DNA of 64,000 bases from an uncultured Acidiphilium sp. GTDB lineage: Bacteria; Bacillota; Clostridia; Christensenellales; Borkfalkiaceae. Position numbers and translations under genes: made by a program. The stretch covers positions 56,529 through 120,528 of the forward strand of contig CAYVKZ010000001.1 in assembly GCA_964452295.1 (NCBI GenBank), written 5' to 3'. Position 1 is the first letter of the stretch. Every line of letters starts with the position of its first letter. The notes beneath the pieces are model-generated. The model made no database searches and was not told the origin of the DNA. It saw only the letters and a list, made by a program, of their open reading frames with translations. Positions 26,398 to 36,428 of the stretch are shown in pieces.

Positions 26398-27270
26398 ATG
26401 GAAAAATACGATTTTTTGCCAAAACCTTTAAAAAAACTTGCATTATCAGGCGACGTTTATGAATTTAGACTCAGGGCGGACAAGCAAGCATGCGCGAATA
26501 TCTTAGGAACGCAAACGTTTTTAGAATTTGACGGCATTCCTTATGTTTGTTCTCGTCGAGAAATCGAAAATATAGTTGCGGCTTGTGCTGAAAATTCGCT
26601 TTATGCTCAAAATGAAAATTTAAGTCGTGGATATATCTCTTGCTCGGACGGCGTGAGAGTGGGCGTTGCGGGCGAATGTGTTTGCGAAAGCGGAAAAATT
26701 ATAACAATTAAAAATTTTACGGCGCTTTGTGTTAGATTTGCTCGAGAAGTGCAAGGTTGCGCTGACGACGCTTATAATCTTACACAATTAAATAACGATA
26801 ACGGAGTGCTTGTTATTTCGCCGCCGGGTGTAGGTAAAACCACTCTTTTACGTGATTTAATTAGGCAAATTTCTTTAAAAAAACAAAAAAATATACTCGT
26901 TATCGACGATAAAGACGAACTTTCGGCCTCGCGCTTCGACTTAGGTAAAACAAGCGATATAATTAAGCTTTGCGATAAAAATTTTGGTTTTTACAGCGCA
27001 ATTAAAACCCTTTCCCCGGATTTTGTCGTTGCCGATGAGTTGATTTATGAAAGCGACGTCAACGGGGTAGTGTTTGCTTCTCTTTCGGGTGTGAAAACCA
27101 TTTGTTCGGTTCACGGCGGCTCATATGCGGATATAATTAAAAAAACATATATGCGAGCCGTTATCGAAAATGCATGTTTTGATTATTTTATAACCTTAGA
27201 AAAATTCGGCTCTGGATTTAAAATATGCGAATTTATAAATAAGGACGGTGAAAAATTACGTATAAGTTGA
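26398..27270 (+). CDS. spoIIIAA: Stage III sporulation protein AA (ATPase)
   Basis: ISPPGVGKTTLLRDL Walker A. It is the first gene of an eight-gene colinear operon. Confidence 0.9.
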   Translation: MEKYDFLPKPLKKLALSGDVYEFRLRADKQACANILGTQTFLEFDGIPYVCSRREIENIVAACAENSLYAQNENLSRGYISCSDGVRVGVAGECVCESGKIITIKNFTALCVRFAREVQGCADDAYNLTQLNNDNGVLVISPPGVGKTTLLRDLIRQISLKKQKNILVIDDKDELSASRFDLGKTSDIIKLCDKNFGFYSAIKTLSPDFVVADELIYESDVNGVVFASLSGVKTICSVHGGSYADIIKKTYMRAVIENACFDYFITLEKFGSGFKICEFINKDGEKLRIS

Positions 27271-27755
27271 TAGCCGCAATCGCGCTTTTTGTTTGTTTTT
27301 CGGCGGCGGGCAAATATTATTCGGATAAAAAAAGTAAAAAAGCATTATTTTTTTCGTCTTTATACGAATTTAACGGCGACTATATTAAAGAAATGCGTTT
27401 TTCAAGGCGTTATATTGCTGAAATTCTTTCTGAAAGATATGCATCTGTCTCGTTAAACGCATTGCTTCAAAAAGTAAAAAATTCTCGATTAAAAAACGAA
27501 GAAGTAAAAAAGGAGTTTGTTGAAACAAAGATTTTAGGCGTCGTTTTAAGCGAAAAAGAAAAAAGCGACGTAAGCGCATATTTTTTTAAACTCGGCAAAA
27601 GCGACGCTTTTTCGCAAATAGAAGAGTGTTTGCGCTATGGCGATATATTTAAGAAATATCTTCAAGAGAGCGAAGCGACGGATAAAAAATACGGAACACT
27701 TTATAAAAAGTTAGGCATTGTTTTTGGACTTATAGCCTTTGTGATAATAATATGA
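27267..27755 (+). CDS. spoIIIAB: Stage III sporulation protein AB
   Basis: Position, size (162 aa), N- and C-terminal TM helices, and overlapping stop/start with AA. Confidence 0.8.
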   Translation: MIAAIALFVCFSAAGKYYSDKKSKKALFFSSLYEFNGDYIKEMRFSRRYIAEILSERYASVSLNALLQKVKNSRLKNEEVKKEFVETKILGVVLSEKEKSDVSAYFFKLGKSDAFSQIEECLRYGDIFKKYLQESEATDKKYGTLYKKLGIVFGLIAFVIII

Positions 27756-27949
27756 GCGTAGATATTGTTTTTAAAATTGCGGCGATAGGACTACTTATAA
27801 CGGTTATTTGTCAAATATTAAAAAAGTCAGATCGCGACGATATAGCAATGTTAGTTGCCGTGGCAGGGCTTGTAATAGTGCTGACAATGGTTGTAGGAAT
27901 GGTTTCCGATTTGTTTGAAAATTTAAAAAATTTATTTGATTTTTATTAG
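27752..27949 (+). CDS. spoIIIAC: Stage III sporulation protein AC
   Basis: 65 aa with two TM helices. MSVDIVFKIAAIGLL.. parallels B. subtilis SpoIIIAC. Confidence 0.9.
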   Translation: MSVDIVFKIAAIGLLITVICQILKKSDRDDIAMLVAVAGLVIVLTMVVGMVSDLFENLKNLFDFY

Positions 27950-28023
27950 CTGAAAAAGCTAGTTAAAATGCGCGTTTTTTTGTGTGTTTATGTGTGACAT
28001 AATACATTATTTTATAAAAATAT

Positions 28024-28419
28024 ATGTCTGAAGTTTATAGAATAATAGCTTTGTCGCTGATTATTGCGGTTTTATGCTATTATTTAAAAAGTGTAGATTC
28101 TCAATTATTTATTCCTGCCTTAGTCGCCGGCGGAGCAGTAATACTTTTTTATTCCGCGGCTTATTTATCGACGGTTTTTGGAATTTTTTCAGAACTTGCC
28201 GAGCAAACAAAAATCGATTCGGAACTTTTATCTTGTGTTTTTAAGATAACGATTATCTGTTATTTAATTGAATTTGCCTGTTCTTTAGTTGAAGATTTCG
28301 GAATAAAAAGTATTGCGGATAAGTTGGCTGTAATCGGTAAAATAATAGTGTTCTGTTTAAGCGCACCGATTTTTAAAGGGGTATTCGAAACCGTCGTTTC
28401 GTTTTTGAGTTTGTTGTGA
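28024..28419 (+). CDS. spoIIIAD: Stage III sporulation protein AD
   Basis: 131 aa membrane protein with YLIEFACSLVEDFG (AD-like IAEFGAQL region). Confidence 0.85.
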   Translation: MSEVYRIIALSLIIAVLCYYLKSVDSQLFIPALVAGGAVILFYSAAYLSTVFGIFSELAEQTKIDSELLSCVFKITIICYLIEFACSLVEDFGIKSIADKLAVIGKIIVFCLSAPIFKGVFETVVSFLSLL

Positions 28420-29741
28420 TAAAATTTTTTAGTAAACGATTTAAATTTAAAAATTTTATTTTGATTTTTCTAGTTGTTGCATTTTTGTTCTTTTTAATCG
28501 TTGAGCAATTCGGCGATAGAAGCGAACGGTTTGTTTGTTATGCTTTTTTTAAATCGGAATGTAGCTACTATGATTTAGAGATTGACAAAGGCGAATTTTC
28601 TGACGATGAAAAAAAATTATTTGTATCGGATGATGACGAGATAAGTGAAGAAGCCTCGGCTTCGAACGAGGAAGAATTAACTGAAATTTTAAAAGATATA
28701 GCCGACAATTTGGATTTAGGTTCTTTTGAAAATCTTTTCGATAATTACGGTAAAGTGTTTTTTGAAAGTAGTGTAAAGCAAACGCTTTTAGATATCGCAA
28801 GCGGTAAATTATCCGTGGATTTTAGCGATGTTTTTTCAATATTCGGTTCGCTTTTCGGTGCTAAATTTAAGGAACTTGCACCAATGCTCGTAAGCATTTT
28901 TGCAATCGCGATTTTTTACGGCGTTATTTCCGCTTTAAATAAAAATTCGCGTGTTAGCGTACTTGTTTTTAACGTGTGCTATTGCGCAAGCGCCGGGCTT
29001 ATTTTTTGCGAAACTTTTACGCTTATTAAAAGCGTTTTAGGTGAAATAATCGCTTTATGTTCTGAAATAGACGCAGTTTTTCCTTTGTTGATAACATTAC
29101 TTTCGCTAAGTGCGAGCGGTTCTACCGCTGAGGTTTTAAAACCGACATACGTATTCGTTAGCGGAGCAGGGCTTAGCCTTGCTGTAAAAGTTTTGGTTCC
29201 TATTGCTGTTTGCGTTTGCGTAGTTTTGACTGTTAGTACTTTTTCGGAAAAATTTACATTAAAAAGGCTGTGTTCTTTTTTAGAATCGGCTTTTAAATGG
29301 ATTATCGGAATAGTACTAACGATTTTTTCGATTTTTACGGCAATAGGCGGGGTATCTGCTTCCGGATACGACGGTGCGCTTTTAAAAATTTTTAAATATA
29401 CGTTATCGGGCGGACTGCCGTTTGTCGGCGGACTTGCAAAGGATGGCGTAGATTTAATAATTTTAGGCGCCGCGCTTATAAAAAACGCGGCAGGGGTAAT
29501 CGTTGCGCTATGTCTGCTTATATCCGTTCTCTCGTCTATAGTAAAAATAGCCTGTTTTTCCTTGTCTTTAAAATTAGTTTCGGCATTTTGTGAGCCGATA
29601 ACGGATAGCAGATTTTGCGATGCGATATCGGCTTTTTGCAAAGGGCTTTCTATGTTTTCGGCGATTTTGATTTATGTTTTTGTACTTTATTTTACAACAA
29701 TCGTGTTTTTTATAACGGCGCAAGGAACGCTATTTAGTTGA
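28416..29741 (+). CDS. spoIIIAE: Stage III sporulation protein AE
   Basis: 441 aa polytopic membrane protein in operon position, with an acidic N-terminal extracytoplasmic segment. Confidence 0.85.
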   Translation: MIKFFSKRFKFKNFILIFLVVAFLFFLIVEQFGDRSERFVCYAFFKSECSYYDLEIDKGEFSDDEKKLFVSDDDEISEEASASNEEELTEILKDIADNLDLGSFENLFDNYGKVFFESSVKQTLLDIASGKLSVDFSDVFSIFGSLFGAKFKELAPMLVSIFAIAIFYGVISALNKNSRVSVLVFNVCYCASAGLIFCETFTLIKSVLGEIIALCSEIDAVFPLLITLLSLSASGSTAEVLKPTYVFVSGAGLSLAVKVLVPIAVCVCVVLTVSTFSEKFTLKRLCSFLESAFKWIIGIVLTIFSIFTAIGGVSASGYDGALLKIFKYTLSGGLPFVGGLAKDGVDLIILGAALIKNAAGVIVALCLLISVLSSIVKIACFSLSLKLVSAFCEPITDSRFCDAISAFCKGLSMFSAILIYVFVLYFTTIVFFITAQGTLFS

Positions 29742-29754
29742 TTTTAAATAAAAA

Positions 29755-30267
29755 ATGATTGATTTTATAAAAGGGTTCGTTTATGCCGTAACCGCCGCTT
29801 CGATACTTTTTGCATTGCTTGCATTGGTAATGCCCGAAGGTAAAACTAAAAAAATTATTTCATTTGTGTTTTCTGCCGCGGCAGCGTTGATTGTAATAAG
29901 CGCAGTAAACAAAGGTACCGAAAACGGGATTTCTTATGACTTATTTAGCGATTTTTCTTACGAAAACGCGTTTAACGAATATTTTTGCGATAACGAAAAT
30001 CTAAGGATTTTTATTGCAAACGAATATATTTCTAAAGCAAAAAAATCACTTTTAAGCGAAGGAATCGTTTTAGAAAATGCCGGCGTTTCGTTCGGTGAAA
30101 AAAACGACGGCGTGTTGCCGAAAAAATTTATTATAAATGCTAGCGACTTGGTTATTATAAAAAACGAAGAGCATATAGATATATCGTCGATATGCGAAAC
30201 GTGCAAAAATAATTTAGAACGACTTTTTGGCGGTGAGGTTAAAGTCGTGATAAACGAATATTTATGA
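29755..30267 (+). CDS. spoIIIAF: Stage III sporulation protein AF
   Basis: Two N-terminal TM helices (..LLALVMPEGKTKK..), in operon position. Confidence 0.8.
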   Translation: MIDFIKGFVYAVTAASILFALLALVMPEGKTKKIISFVFSAAAALIVISAVNKGTENGISYDLFSDFSYENAFNEYFCDNENLRIFIANEYISKAKKSLLSEGIVLENAGVSFGEKNDGVLPKKFIINASDLVIIKNEEHIDISSICETCKNNLERLFGGEVKVVINEYL

Positions 30268-30770
30268 AGAAAATGAACGAAAAAAGTAAAAACAAATTTT
30301 CGATTAAAGAATTCTTAAAAAAAATTAAACCCGAATATGTTTTAGCCGTAGCGGCGGCGGTAGCGGTGATAGCTTTGTTTGCTTCGGGATTATCGCAATC
30401 ATCTAATCAGAGTCAATCCGAAACTTCCTCTGCCGAAGCTTATGTAGAAATGTTAGAAGGTAAACTTTCGGCTGAACTTTCAAAGATAAAGGGTGCGGGT
30501 AAGGTTAGCGTAATTATTTCGGTCGAACGCGGAATTACAAGCGAGCTTGCCGCCGAAACGAACGCTTCGCAAGACGGCGAAAAAACGCAATCTCCCATTA
30601 TCGTAAACGGAAAACCCATCGTTTTGGGCGAGCTTTATCCTGAAATTCGCGGGGTGGTAATAGTTGCGCAAGGCGGAGATAAACTTGCGGTAAAAATGTC
30701 GATACTAAATGCGGTAAAAGTCTTTTTAGATATAGACGTGAATAAAATCGAAATTCTTACTATGAAATAA
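30264..30770 (+). CDS. spoIIIAG: Stage III sporulation protein AG
   Basis: PEIRGVVIVAQGGD...AVKVFLDIDVNKIEI matches the conserved AG C-terminus. Confidence 0.85.
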   Translation: MKKMNEKSKNKFSIKEFLKKIKPEYVLAVAAAVAVIALFASGLSQSSNQSQSETSSAEAYVEMLEGKLSAELSKIKGAGKVSVIISVERGITSELAAETNASQDGEKTQSPIIVNGKPIVLGELYPEIRGVVIVAQGGDKLAVKMSILNAVKVFLDIDVNKIEILTMK

Positions 30771-31004
30771 AACGGCAAAAAAAACTTAAAAAACGTAATA
30801 CTTTGCGTAATATTTTTCGGTCGTGAAAAATATAATATTCTAGCTTAGCTTTTAAGCGGTAACATTTTATAAAAAAGAATAAAAAAAGGAAAAAACGGCT
30901 CGGTGTTTGTTTTTAATACGTGAAAAAATCAAATAAATTAACGAAAAAAACAAAAACGCCTCACCGTAAAAATATAAAATACTTAATAGTTAGGAGCAAA
31001 AAAA

Positions 31005-31472
31005 ATGTCAAAGAAAAAGAAAATCGTTATTTTATCGTGTATGGTGGTTCTTCTTGCAGCAACGGCTGTTTGTAACTTTCTACTTACAAACAACAGCGAC
31101 GATTCAACCGTTCCGACGGCAAATTATTTTAGTGAATATCGTAGCGAGCATGCGGCGAGCATCAACGAGCAACTGCTACAGTTAGATAGCATTATCAGTC
31201 AAGCCGACGAAAATTCAGAAGCAAAAGAAGACGCACTGAAAACCAAACTTAAACTTACCGAAATTGTAGAGCGCGAATTGCTTTTGGAAAATTTAATTAA
31301 GGCTAAGGGTTATGAAAACGTTGCCGTTATGATAGGCTTAGATTCAGATAACGTAACAGTCGTAGTCGATGATTCCGATTTCGATACGGATGACGCGATT
31401 GCTATTTATACCGTTATGCTAGAAGAGGTTAGCGCATCACCCGAGAACGTTAGGATAATACCTATTTCGTAA
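31005..31472 (+). CDS. spoIIIAH: Stage III sporulation protein AH
   Basis: N-terminal TM, YFSEYRSE..., and LIKAKGYENVAV (AH/YscJ-like fold region). Confidence 0.8.
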   Translation: MSKKKKIVILSCMVVLLAATAVCNFLLTNNSDDSTVPTANYFSEYRSEHAASINEQLLQLDSIISQADENSEAKEDALKTKLKLTEIVERELLLENLIKAKGYENVAVMIGLDSDNVTVVVDDSDFDTDDAIAIYTVMLEEVSASPENVRIIPIS

Positions 31473-31745
31473 TTTTTTGATAAAAAAGCGACTACAAAAA
31501 CGACTGAGAGACGACTGCGAATAAAAAAATATAAACAAAAGCCGTTATTAAGCTTAAAAACGCTACGCATTTTTTTCAAAATATGCTATAATGTTTAAGA
31601 CTTAGTATAGTAAAGCAACTGACTATAGCTTTCGCAAAATCGTTTGCCTTTAATACGGAAAGATTTTTATGCTTTAGAATTTTTGGTGAATGGATTTAAT
31701 AAAAATAAAAGCTTAAGTCAAATCGATAGTTGCGCGGTGGTGTTT

Positions 31746-32084
31746 ATGAAAAACGTTCGCAAAGATATTCCTTCGGGAAAAGTCGTATACAACAACAGTA
31801 TTGTTAAAGGAATCGTTTCTTTGGCGGTTTCAGAAATTGAAGGCGTGACTTTAGGCGGTTCGTCTAAGAAAAAGGACGACGTTATAGTTACTTTTGAAAA
31901 CGATAACGTTTGTGTTGACGTAACGGTTTCGGTTTTATACGGATACAATATTCCCGACGTGGCGTATAATATTCAGCAAAGCGTAAAACACAACGTCGAA
32001 GCTATGACGGAGTATAAAATTTCGAGCGTAGACGTTCACGTCGTGAGCGTAAACTTCGACGAAAACGATAAAAACGAATACTAA
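31746..32084 (+). CDS. Asp23/Gls24-family envelope stress protein
   Basis: IVKGIVSLAVSEIEGV and VDVHVVSV. I prefer the internal ATG 31746 to the TTG start at 31644. Confidence 0.75.
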   Translation: MKNVRKDIPSGKVVYNNSIVKGIVSLAVSEIEGVTLGGSSKKKDDVIVTFENDNVCVDVTVSVLYGYNIPDVAYNIQQSVKHNVEAMTEYKISSVDVHVVSVNFDENDKNEY

Positions 32085-32171
32085 TCAATATTAAGCCGCA
32101 AAATTTATTGCGGCTTAAAGCGCGTTTTTAAGGAATAAATATCGCAATAATTTTTGTTAAAGGTTTTTACT

Positions 32172-32585
32172 ATGAGAAGAGATGCCAGAGAAGCTGTTTT
32201 CGTTTTACTGTATCACGATTTATTCAATCAAGAAAACGATGACGGATTCGTTAAAAAAATATACGCCGAAAATAAACTTAGTGAAAGCGATGAAAAATTC
32301 GCTTCGCTTTTATATTCTACGATTAAAGAAAACGACGCTGAAATTACAGAGATTATTTCAAAGCTTTCAAGCGGATTTGATTTTTCGCGTTTATTTTTGA
32401 CGGATAAATGTGCTTTAAAAATCGGCGTTGCCGAATTAAAATATTTTAGCGACGTTCCCGATATAGTCGCGATAGACGAGGCGGTTTCGCTTACTCGTAA
32501 GTTTTCTTCGGAAAAAAGTCCGTCCTTCGTAAACGGAATTTTGGCTGAGTTGAAAAAACGATTAGATGAGGACAAGGGAGTTTAA
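32172..32585 (+). CDS. nusB: Transcription antitermination factor NusB
   Basis: MRRDAREAVFVLLY.., ..IDEAVSLTRKFSSEKSPSFVNGIL. I prefer ATG 32172. Confidence 0.85.
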   Translation: MRRDAREAVFVLLYHDLFNQENDDGFVKKIYAENKLSESDEKFASLLYSTIKENDAEITEIISKLSSGFDFSRLFLTDKCALKIGVAELKYFSDVPDIVAIDEAVSLTRKFSSEKSPSFVNGILAELKKRLDEDKGV

Positions 32586-32590
32586 AAAAA

Positions 32591-33454
32591 ATGGGCATTT
32601 TAATTGACGGAAAAGCTACTTCGTTAAAAATTAAAGACGAATTAAAAATTAAGGTTGAAACACTTAAGCAAAAATATGGCGTTTGTTGCAAATTGGCTTT
32701 AGTGATTGTCGGCGAAGATCCCGCTTCTCTCGTTTATGTCGCAAACAAGGAAAAGGCATGTGCCTACGTCGGCGTTCAATCTCAAACAATAAGAATGTCT
32801 GATTCGGTTTCTCAGCAAGAGATAATAAATGTTATTGACGGTCTTGCCGCAGATGAATCCGTGAACGGAATTTTAATTCAGTTACCGTTACCTAAAGGAT
32901 TTTGCGAACGCGAAATTTTGTCGCACGTACCCGTAGAAAAAGACGTAGACGGGCTTACTTCCGCTTCAGAGGGCAGACTTTTATTAGGTGAGCCTTGTTC
33001 GATTTCTTGTACGCCTAAGGGCGTTATGGCGTTGTTAAAAGAATACGGCATTGATTTAGACGGAAAAAATGCTGTCGTCGTCGGCAGAAGTAATATGGTC
33101 GGGAAGCCCATGGCTGCTTGTTTGCTTGCCGCAAATGCTACCGTCACTATTTGTCATTCCCACACGAAAAACCTCGCGGAAATAACGTCGAAAGCGGATG
33201 TTTTGGTAGTTGCGATGGGGAAACCCTGTTTTATAACTGCGAATATGATAAAAAAGGGCGCAGCCGTTATAGACGTCGGAATAAATAGGGTAGACGGAAA
33301 ACTCGTCGGTGACGTCGATTTTTACGGTGCTGTTTCGGTTGCCGATTATATAACTCCGGTTCCCGGCGGCGTCGGACCGATGACGGTTACGATGCTTATC
33401 GAAAACACCATCGAGGCGGCTATTTTACAAAACGGAATTAATTATGATTTATAA
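32591..33454 (+). CDS. folD: Bifunctional methylenetetrahydrofolate dehydrogenase/cyclohydrolase
   Basis: GILIQLPLP, VVVGRSNMVGKP, TPVPGGVGPMT. Confidence 0.95.
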   Translation: MGILIDGKATSLKIKDELKIKVETLKQKYGVCCKLALVIVGEDPASLVYVANKEKACAYVGVQSQTIRMSDSVSQQEIINVIDGLAADESVNGILIQLPLPKGFCEREILSHVPVEKDVDGLTSASEGRLLLGEPCSISCTPKGVMALLKEYGIDLDGKNAVVVGRSNMVGKPMAACLLAANATVTICHSHTKNLAEITSKADVLVVAMGKPCFITANMIKKGAAVIDVGINRVDGKLVGDVDFYGAVSVADYITPVPGGVGPMTVTMLIENTIEAAILQNGINYDL

Positions 33455-34322
33455 TTACGACGGAAATTTTAATAAAAAATATTCAGAATATAAATCTTTT
33501 GCCGATTTATCTATCGAGAACGCTTTTAAAGGCTTAGATTGTAACGCCGATTTGCTTTCTGCGATGAAATACTCGGTTTTTGCCGGAGGAAAGCGCATAA
33601 GACCCGTTTTATTTTTTGCTACGCTCGAATCGCTGGGCTTGGATTATAAATTATATTCGGAATTTGCCGTTGCGTTGGAGTTTATTCATACTTATTCGCT
33701 CATTCACGACGATTTGCCCGCTATGGATAATGACGATTATAGGCGCGGAAAGCCTTCTAATCATAAAGTTTACGGAGAGGCAATGGCTATTTTAGCGGGT
33801 GATGCGCTTTTAAATTTTGCCTACGAAATCGCTTTAGGCGGCGTTCGCGACGACGGAACGCTTTCTGCCGCGAAAGAGCTTGCCGCTTTTTCAGGGTGTT
33901 TAGGTATGGTAGGCGGGCAAGCTTACGATTTAGCTGATAAAAAAGAACTTAGCGAAAAAACGCTAGAGCAAATAGATGATTTAAAAACGGGTAAGCTTAT
34001 AACTTTGCCGTTTACAATGGCTTCGCTAATTGCCAAAGAAAAATATTATGACGAATTTTTGCTTATAGGGAAAAATTTAGGTAGGCTGTTTCAGTATACC
34101 GACGACTTGCTGGATGCGGTTGGTTCTTTTTTTGATTTAGGCAAAACGACGGGTAAGGATAGTAGGCAAAATAAAGTTACCGCCGTTTCTGTTTTTGGCT
34201 TGGAAAATGTAAAAAAGAATATTGAAAGCGTTTTTACGTGTGGCGTAAAAATATTAAAAAACATAGACAATAACTCGTTTTTTCTTGATTTTTTTAAATT
34301 CGTTAAAGACAGGGTGTCGTAA
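33444..34322 (+). CDS. ispA: Polyprenyl (farnesyl/geranylgeranyl) diphosphate synthase
   Basis: LIHDDLPAMDNDDYRRGKP and FQYTDDLLD aspartate-rich motifs. Confidence 0.9.
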   Translation: MIYNYDGNFNKKYSEYKSFADLSIENAFKGLDCNADLLSAMKYSVFAGGKRIRPVLFFATLESLGLDYKLYSEFAVALEFIHTYSLIHDDLPAMDNDDYRRGKPSNHKVYGEAMAILAGDALLNFAYEIALGGVRDDGTLSAAKELAAFSGCLGMVGGQAYDLADKKELSEKTLEQIDDLKTGKLITLPFTMASLIAKEKYYDEFLLIGKNLGRLFQYTDDLLDAVGSFFDLGKTTGKDSRQNKVTAVSVFGLENVKKNIESVFTCGVKILKNIDNNSFFLDFFKFVKDRVS

Positions 34323-35089
34323 TGCGCTTAGATGTTTTTTTAGTAGAGCACGGCTATTTTTTATCGAGAAATAAAGCAAGCGAAGCTTTAAAAAGAGGCG
34401 AAGTTTTCGTGCAAGGAAAGGTCGAAAAAAAGGCGTCGAAGGAAATATCGGGCAATGAAAAAATAGAAATTATGTCCGATCGAAAGCCGTTTGTTTCGCT
34501 TGGCGGATATAAGCTTGAAAAAGCGATTAAAGAGTTTAGTCCCGAAATAAATGGATTTACTTTTGCCGACGTTGGTGCATCGACCGGCGGTTTTACGGAC
34601 TGCTTATTGCGATACGGTGCAAAACGTGTGTTTTGTATCGACGTAGGGAGCGGCTTGCTCGATAAAACTTTAGTTCGAGACGAGCGGGTTGTTGTAATGG
34701 ATGAAACGAATGCTCGTTATTTGACGAGTGCCGATTTTTCTGAAATAATCGACGCAGCCGTAGTTGATTGTAGCTTTATTTCGCTTGAATATATTTTACC
34801 TGCGTTAAAAAACATTGTAAAAAAGGGCGGCTACATTATCGCGCTCATAAAGCCGCAATTCGAACTTGATAGAAAAGTCAGACTGAAAAATGGGATTTTG
34901 CGTGATAAAACAGAACGTTTTTCGGTTATAAAAAAGCTGACTAATTTTGCCGAAAGTATTTCTTTAAGCGTTTGCGGTATAACCGAAGCTCCGCTTAAAA
35001 ACGATAAAAACGTGGAATATCTTGCATATATTTTTAACGACGATCGAGTCAGTATCGATTTGCCTTCGGTTTTGGATAAATTAAAATGA
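34322..35089 (+). CDS. tlyA: TlyA-family rRNA (cytidine-2'-O)-methyltransferase
   Basis: S4-like N-terminus RLDVFLVEHGYF.SRNKA and the SAM motif DVGASTGGFTDCLL. Confidence 0.9.
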   Translation: MRLDVFLVEHGYFLSRNKASEALKRGEVFVQGKVEKKASKEISGNEKIEIMSDRKPFVSLGGYKLEKAIKEFSPEINGFTFADVGASTGGFTDCLLRYGAKRVFCIDVGSGLLDKTLVRDERVVVMDETNARYLTSADFSEIIDAAVVDCSFISLEYILPALKNIVKKGGYIIALIKPQFELDRKVRLKNGILRDKTERFSVIKKLTNFAESISLSVCGITEAPLKNDKNVEYLAYIFNDDRVSIDLPSVLDKLK

Positions 35090-35955
35090 AAATTTCTGTT
35101 TTTACTAAAACAAACGACGAAAGGTCTATAAAACTTGCACGCGAATTCATAAAAGTATTGCCGCCCGATGTGAAAAGCTCACTGTTTACTTCAAGCAGGG
35201 AAGTTGCCGAATGTCCGTCGGAAAAGCTGATTGCCGATATTTTTGTATGCTTTGGCGGGGACGGGACTATTTTGCGGTGTGCTCTTTCGGCGGCAAGAAT
35301 CGGAGCTAAACTTTTTGCCGTAAATACCGGGAATCTCGGTTTTTTAAGTTCGCTTGAGGGAAGCGTTTCGACTAGTGAGATTTGCTCCGCTGTTTTATCG
35401 GATAAAACGATATACGTAAAGAAATATTTTTTGGAAGGTTTTATTGAAAAAAACGAGATAAATTCTTTCGTAAATAAACAAAATAAACAATTTTTCGCAT
35501 TTAACGAAATAGCTGTTGCGCGTTCGCTAACGGACGGTTTTAAAAATCGGAGTTTAAAAGTAAACTTAAAAATCAACGACAATTTTGTAGACGAATATCT
35601 TGCCGACGGACTTATTATTGCAACGCCGCTCGGTTCTACTGCTTATTCGCTTTCTGCGGGCGGCGCTATTTTGGATCCCGAATTAAAAGGTTTAATTGCG
35701 ACGGCTGTTTGTCCTCATTCGCTTAGATATAGGCCTATAGTTTTTAACGACGATGCCGTTGCTAAAATCGGAATAGGCGAAAAAAGAGGGGCTGAAAAAG
35801 CAGGCGTTTATGCAGATGGAAATTTAGTCGCTTCGCTTTCGACGAACGAGTGTGTTGTGATTAAAAAATCTAATTTATTCGTAAATATAGCGAAAGGCGA
35901 AAGTTTTTTTACTAAACTTAATAAAAAATTAAAATATATGGGAACGGGTGAATAA
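35086..35955 (+). CDS. nadK: NAD kinase
   Basis: GGDGTIL, NTGNLGFL, ATPLGSTAYSLSAGG. Confidence 0.9.
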   Translation: MKISVFTKTNDERSIKLAREFIKVLPPDVKSSLFTSSREVAECPSEKLIADIFVCFGGDGTILRCALSAARIGAKLFAVNTGNLGFLSSLEGSVSTSEICSAVLSDKTIYVKKYFLEGFIEKNEINSFVNKQNKQFFAFNEIAVARSLTDGFKNRSLKVNLKINDNFVDEYLADGLIIATPLGSTAYSLSAGGAILDPELKGLIATAVCPHSLRYRPIVFNDDAVAKIGIGEKRGAEKAGVYADGNLVASLSTNECVVIKKSNLFVNIAKGESFFTKLNKKLKYMGTGE

Positions 35956-35960
35956 ATAGT

Positions 35961-36410
35961 ATGTCAAAAATAAAGCGACAAAAAAAATTGCTCGATTTAA
36001 TAAAACAAGTCGAGGTTGAAACACAAGAGGAGTTGATTGCGTTACTTAATGCTAACGGTTACCCTGTAACGCAAGCGACTATTTCACGCGATATAAACGA
36101 GCTTTCGCTTATAAAAGTTAACGGAACCGAAAAAAGATATCGTTACGCGCAGGTTACGCAAAGCAATCAGATAGACAATGCTAAGTTTCTATCTTTATTT
36201 AAAGCTGCGGTTGTGTCAATCGAGCCGGCGCAAAACCTTATCGTTGTAAAAACGCTTATAAGTAACGGCGCTCCAGTAGGTGCGACGGTCGATAGTTTGA
36301 ATTTTAAAGAAGTTGTAGGATGTGTTGCCGGTGACGATACTTTGTTGATTGTTACGCGTAGTTCCGCCGACGCGATTTTGGTTACCGAAAAACTAAAGGA
36401 ATTGCTTTAA
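35961..36410 (+). CDS. argR: Arginine repressor
   Basis: VTQATISRDINEL wHTH and GCVAGDDTLLIV oligomerisation/arginine site. Confidence 0.9.
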   Translation: MSKIKRQKKLLDLIKQVEVETQEELIALLNANGYPVTQATISRDINELSLIKVNGTEKRYRYAQVTQSNQIDNAKFLSLFKAAVVSIEPAQNLIVVKTLISNGAPVGATVDSLNFKEVVGCVAGDDTLLIVTRSSADAILVTEKLKELL

Positions 36411-36428
36411 TCTTTTTGAGGAATAACT

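Noticed and set aside
28979-29641. A 220-aa antisense ORF inside spoIIIAE. Similar long antisense ORFs occur at 35049..35582, 42984..43517, 52533..53090, 4943..5461, 10519..10947 and 51685..52086.
   Set aside because: They are shadow ORFs opposite well-supported genes. They have low-complexity, Ser/Phe/Lys/Ile-rich translations, no SD and no recognisable motifs.
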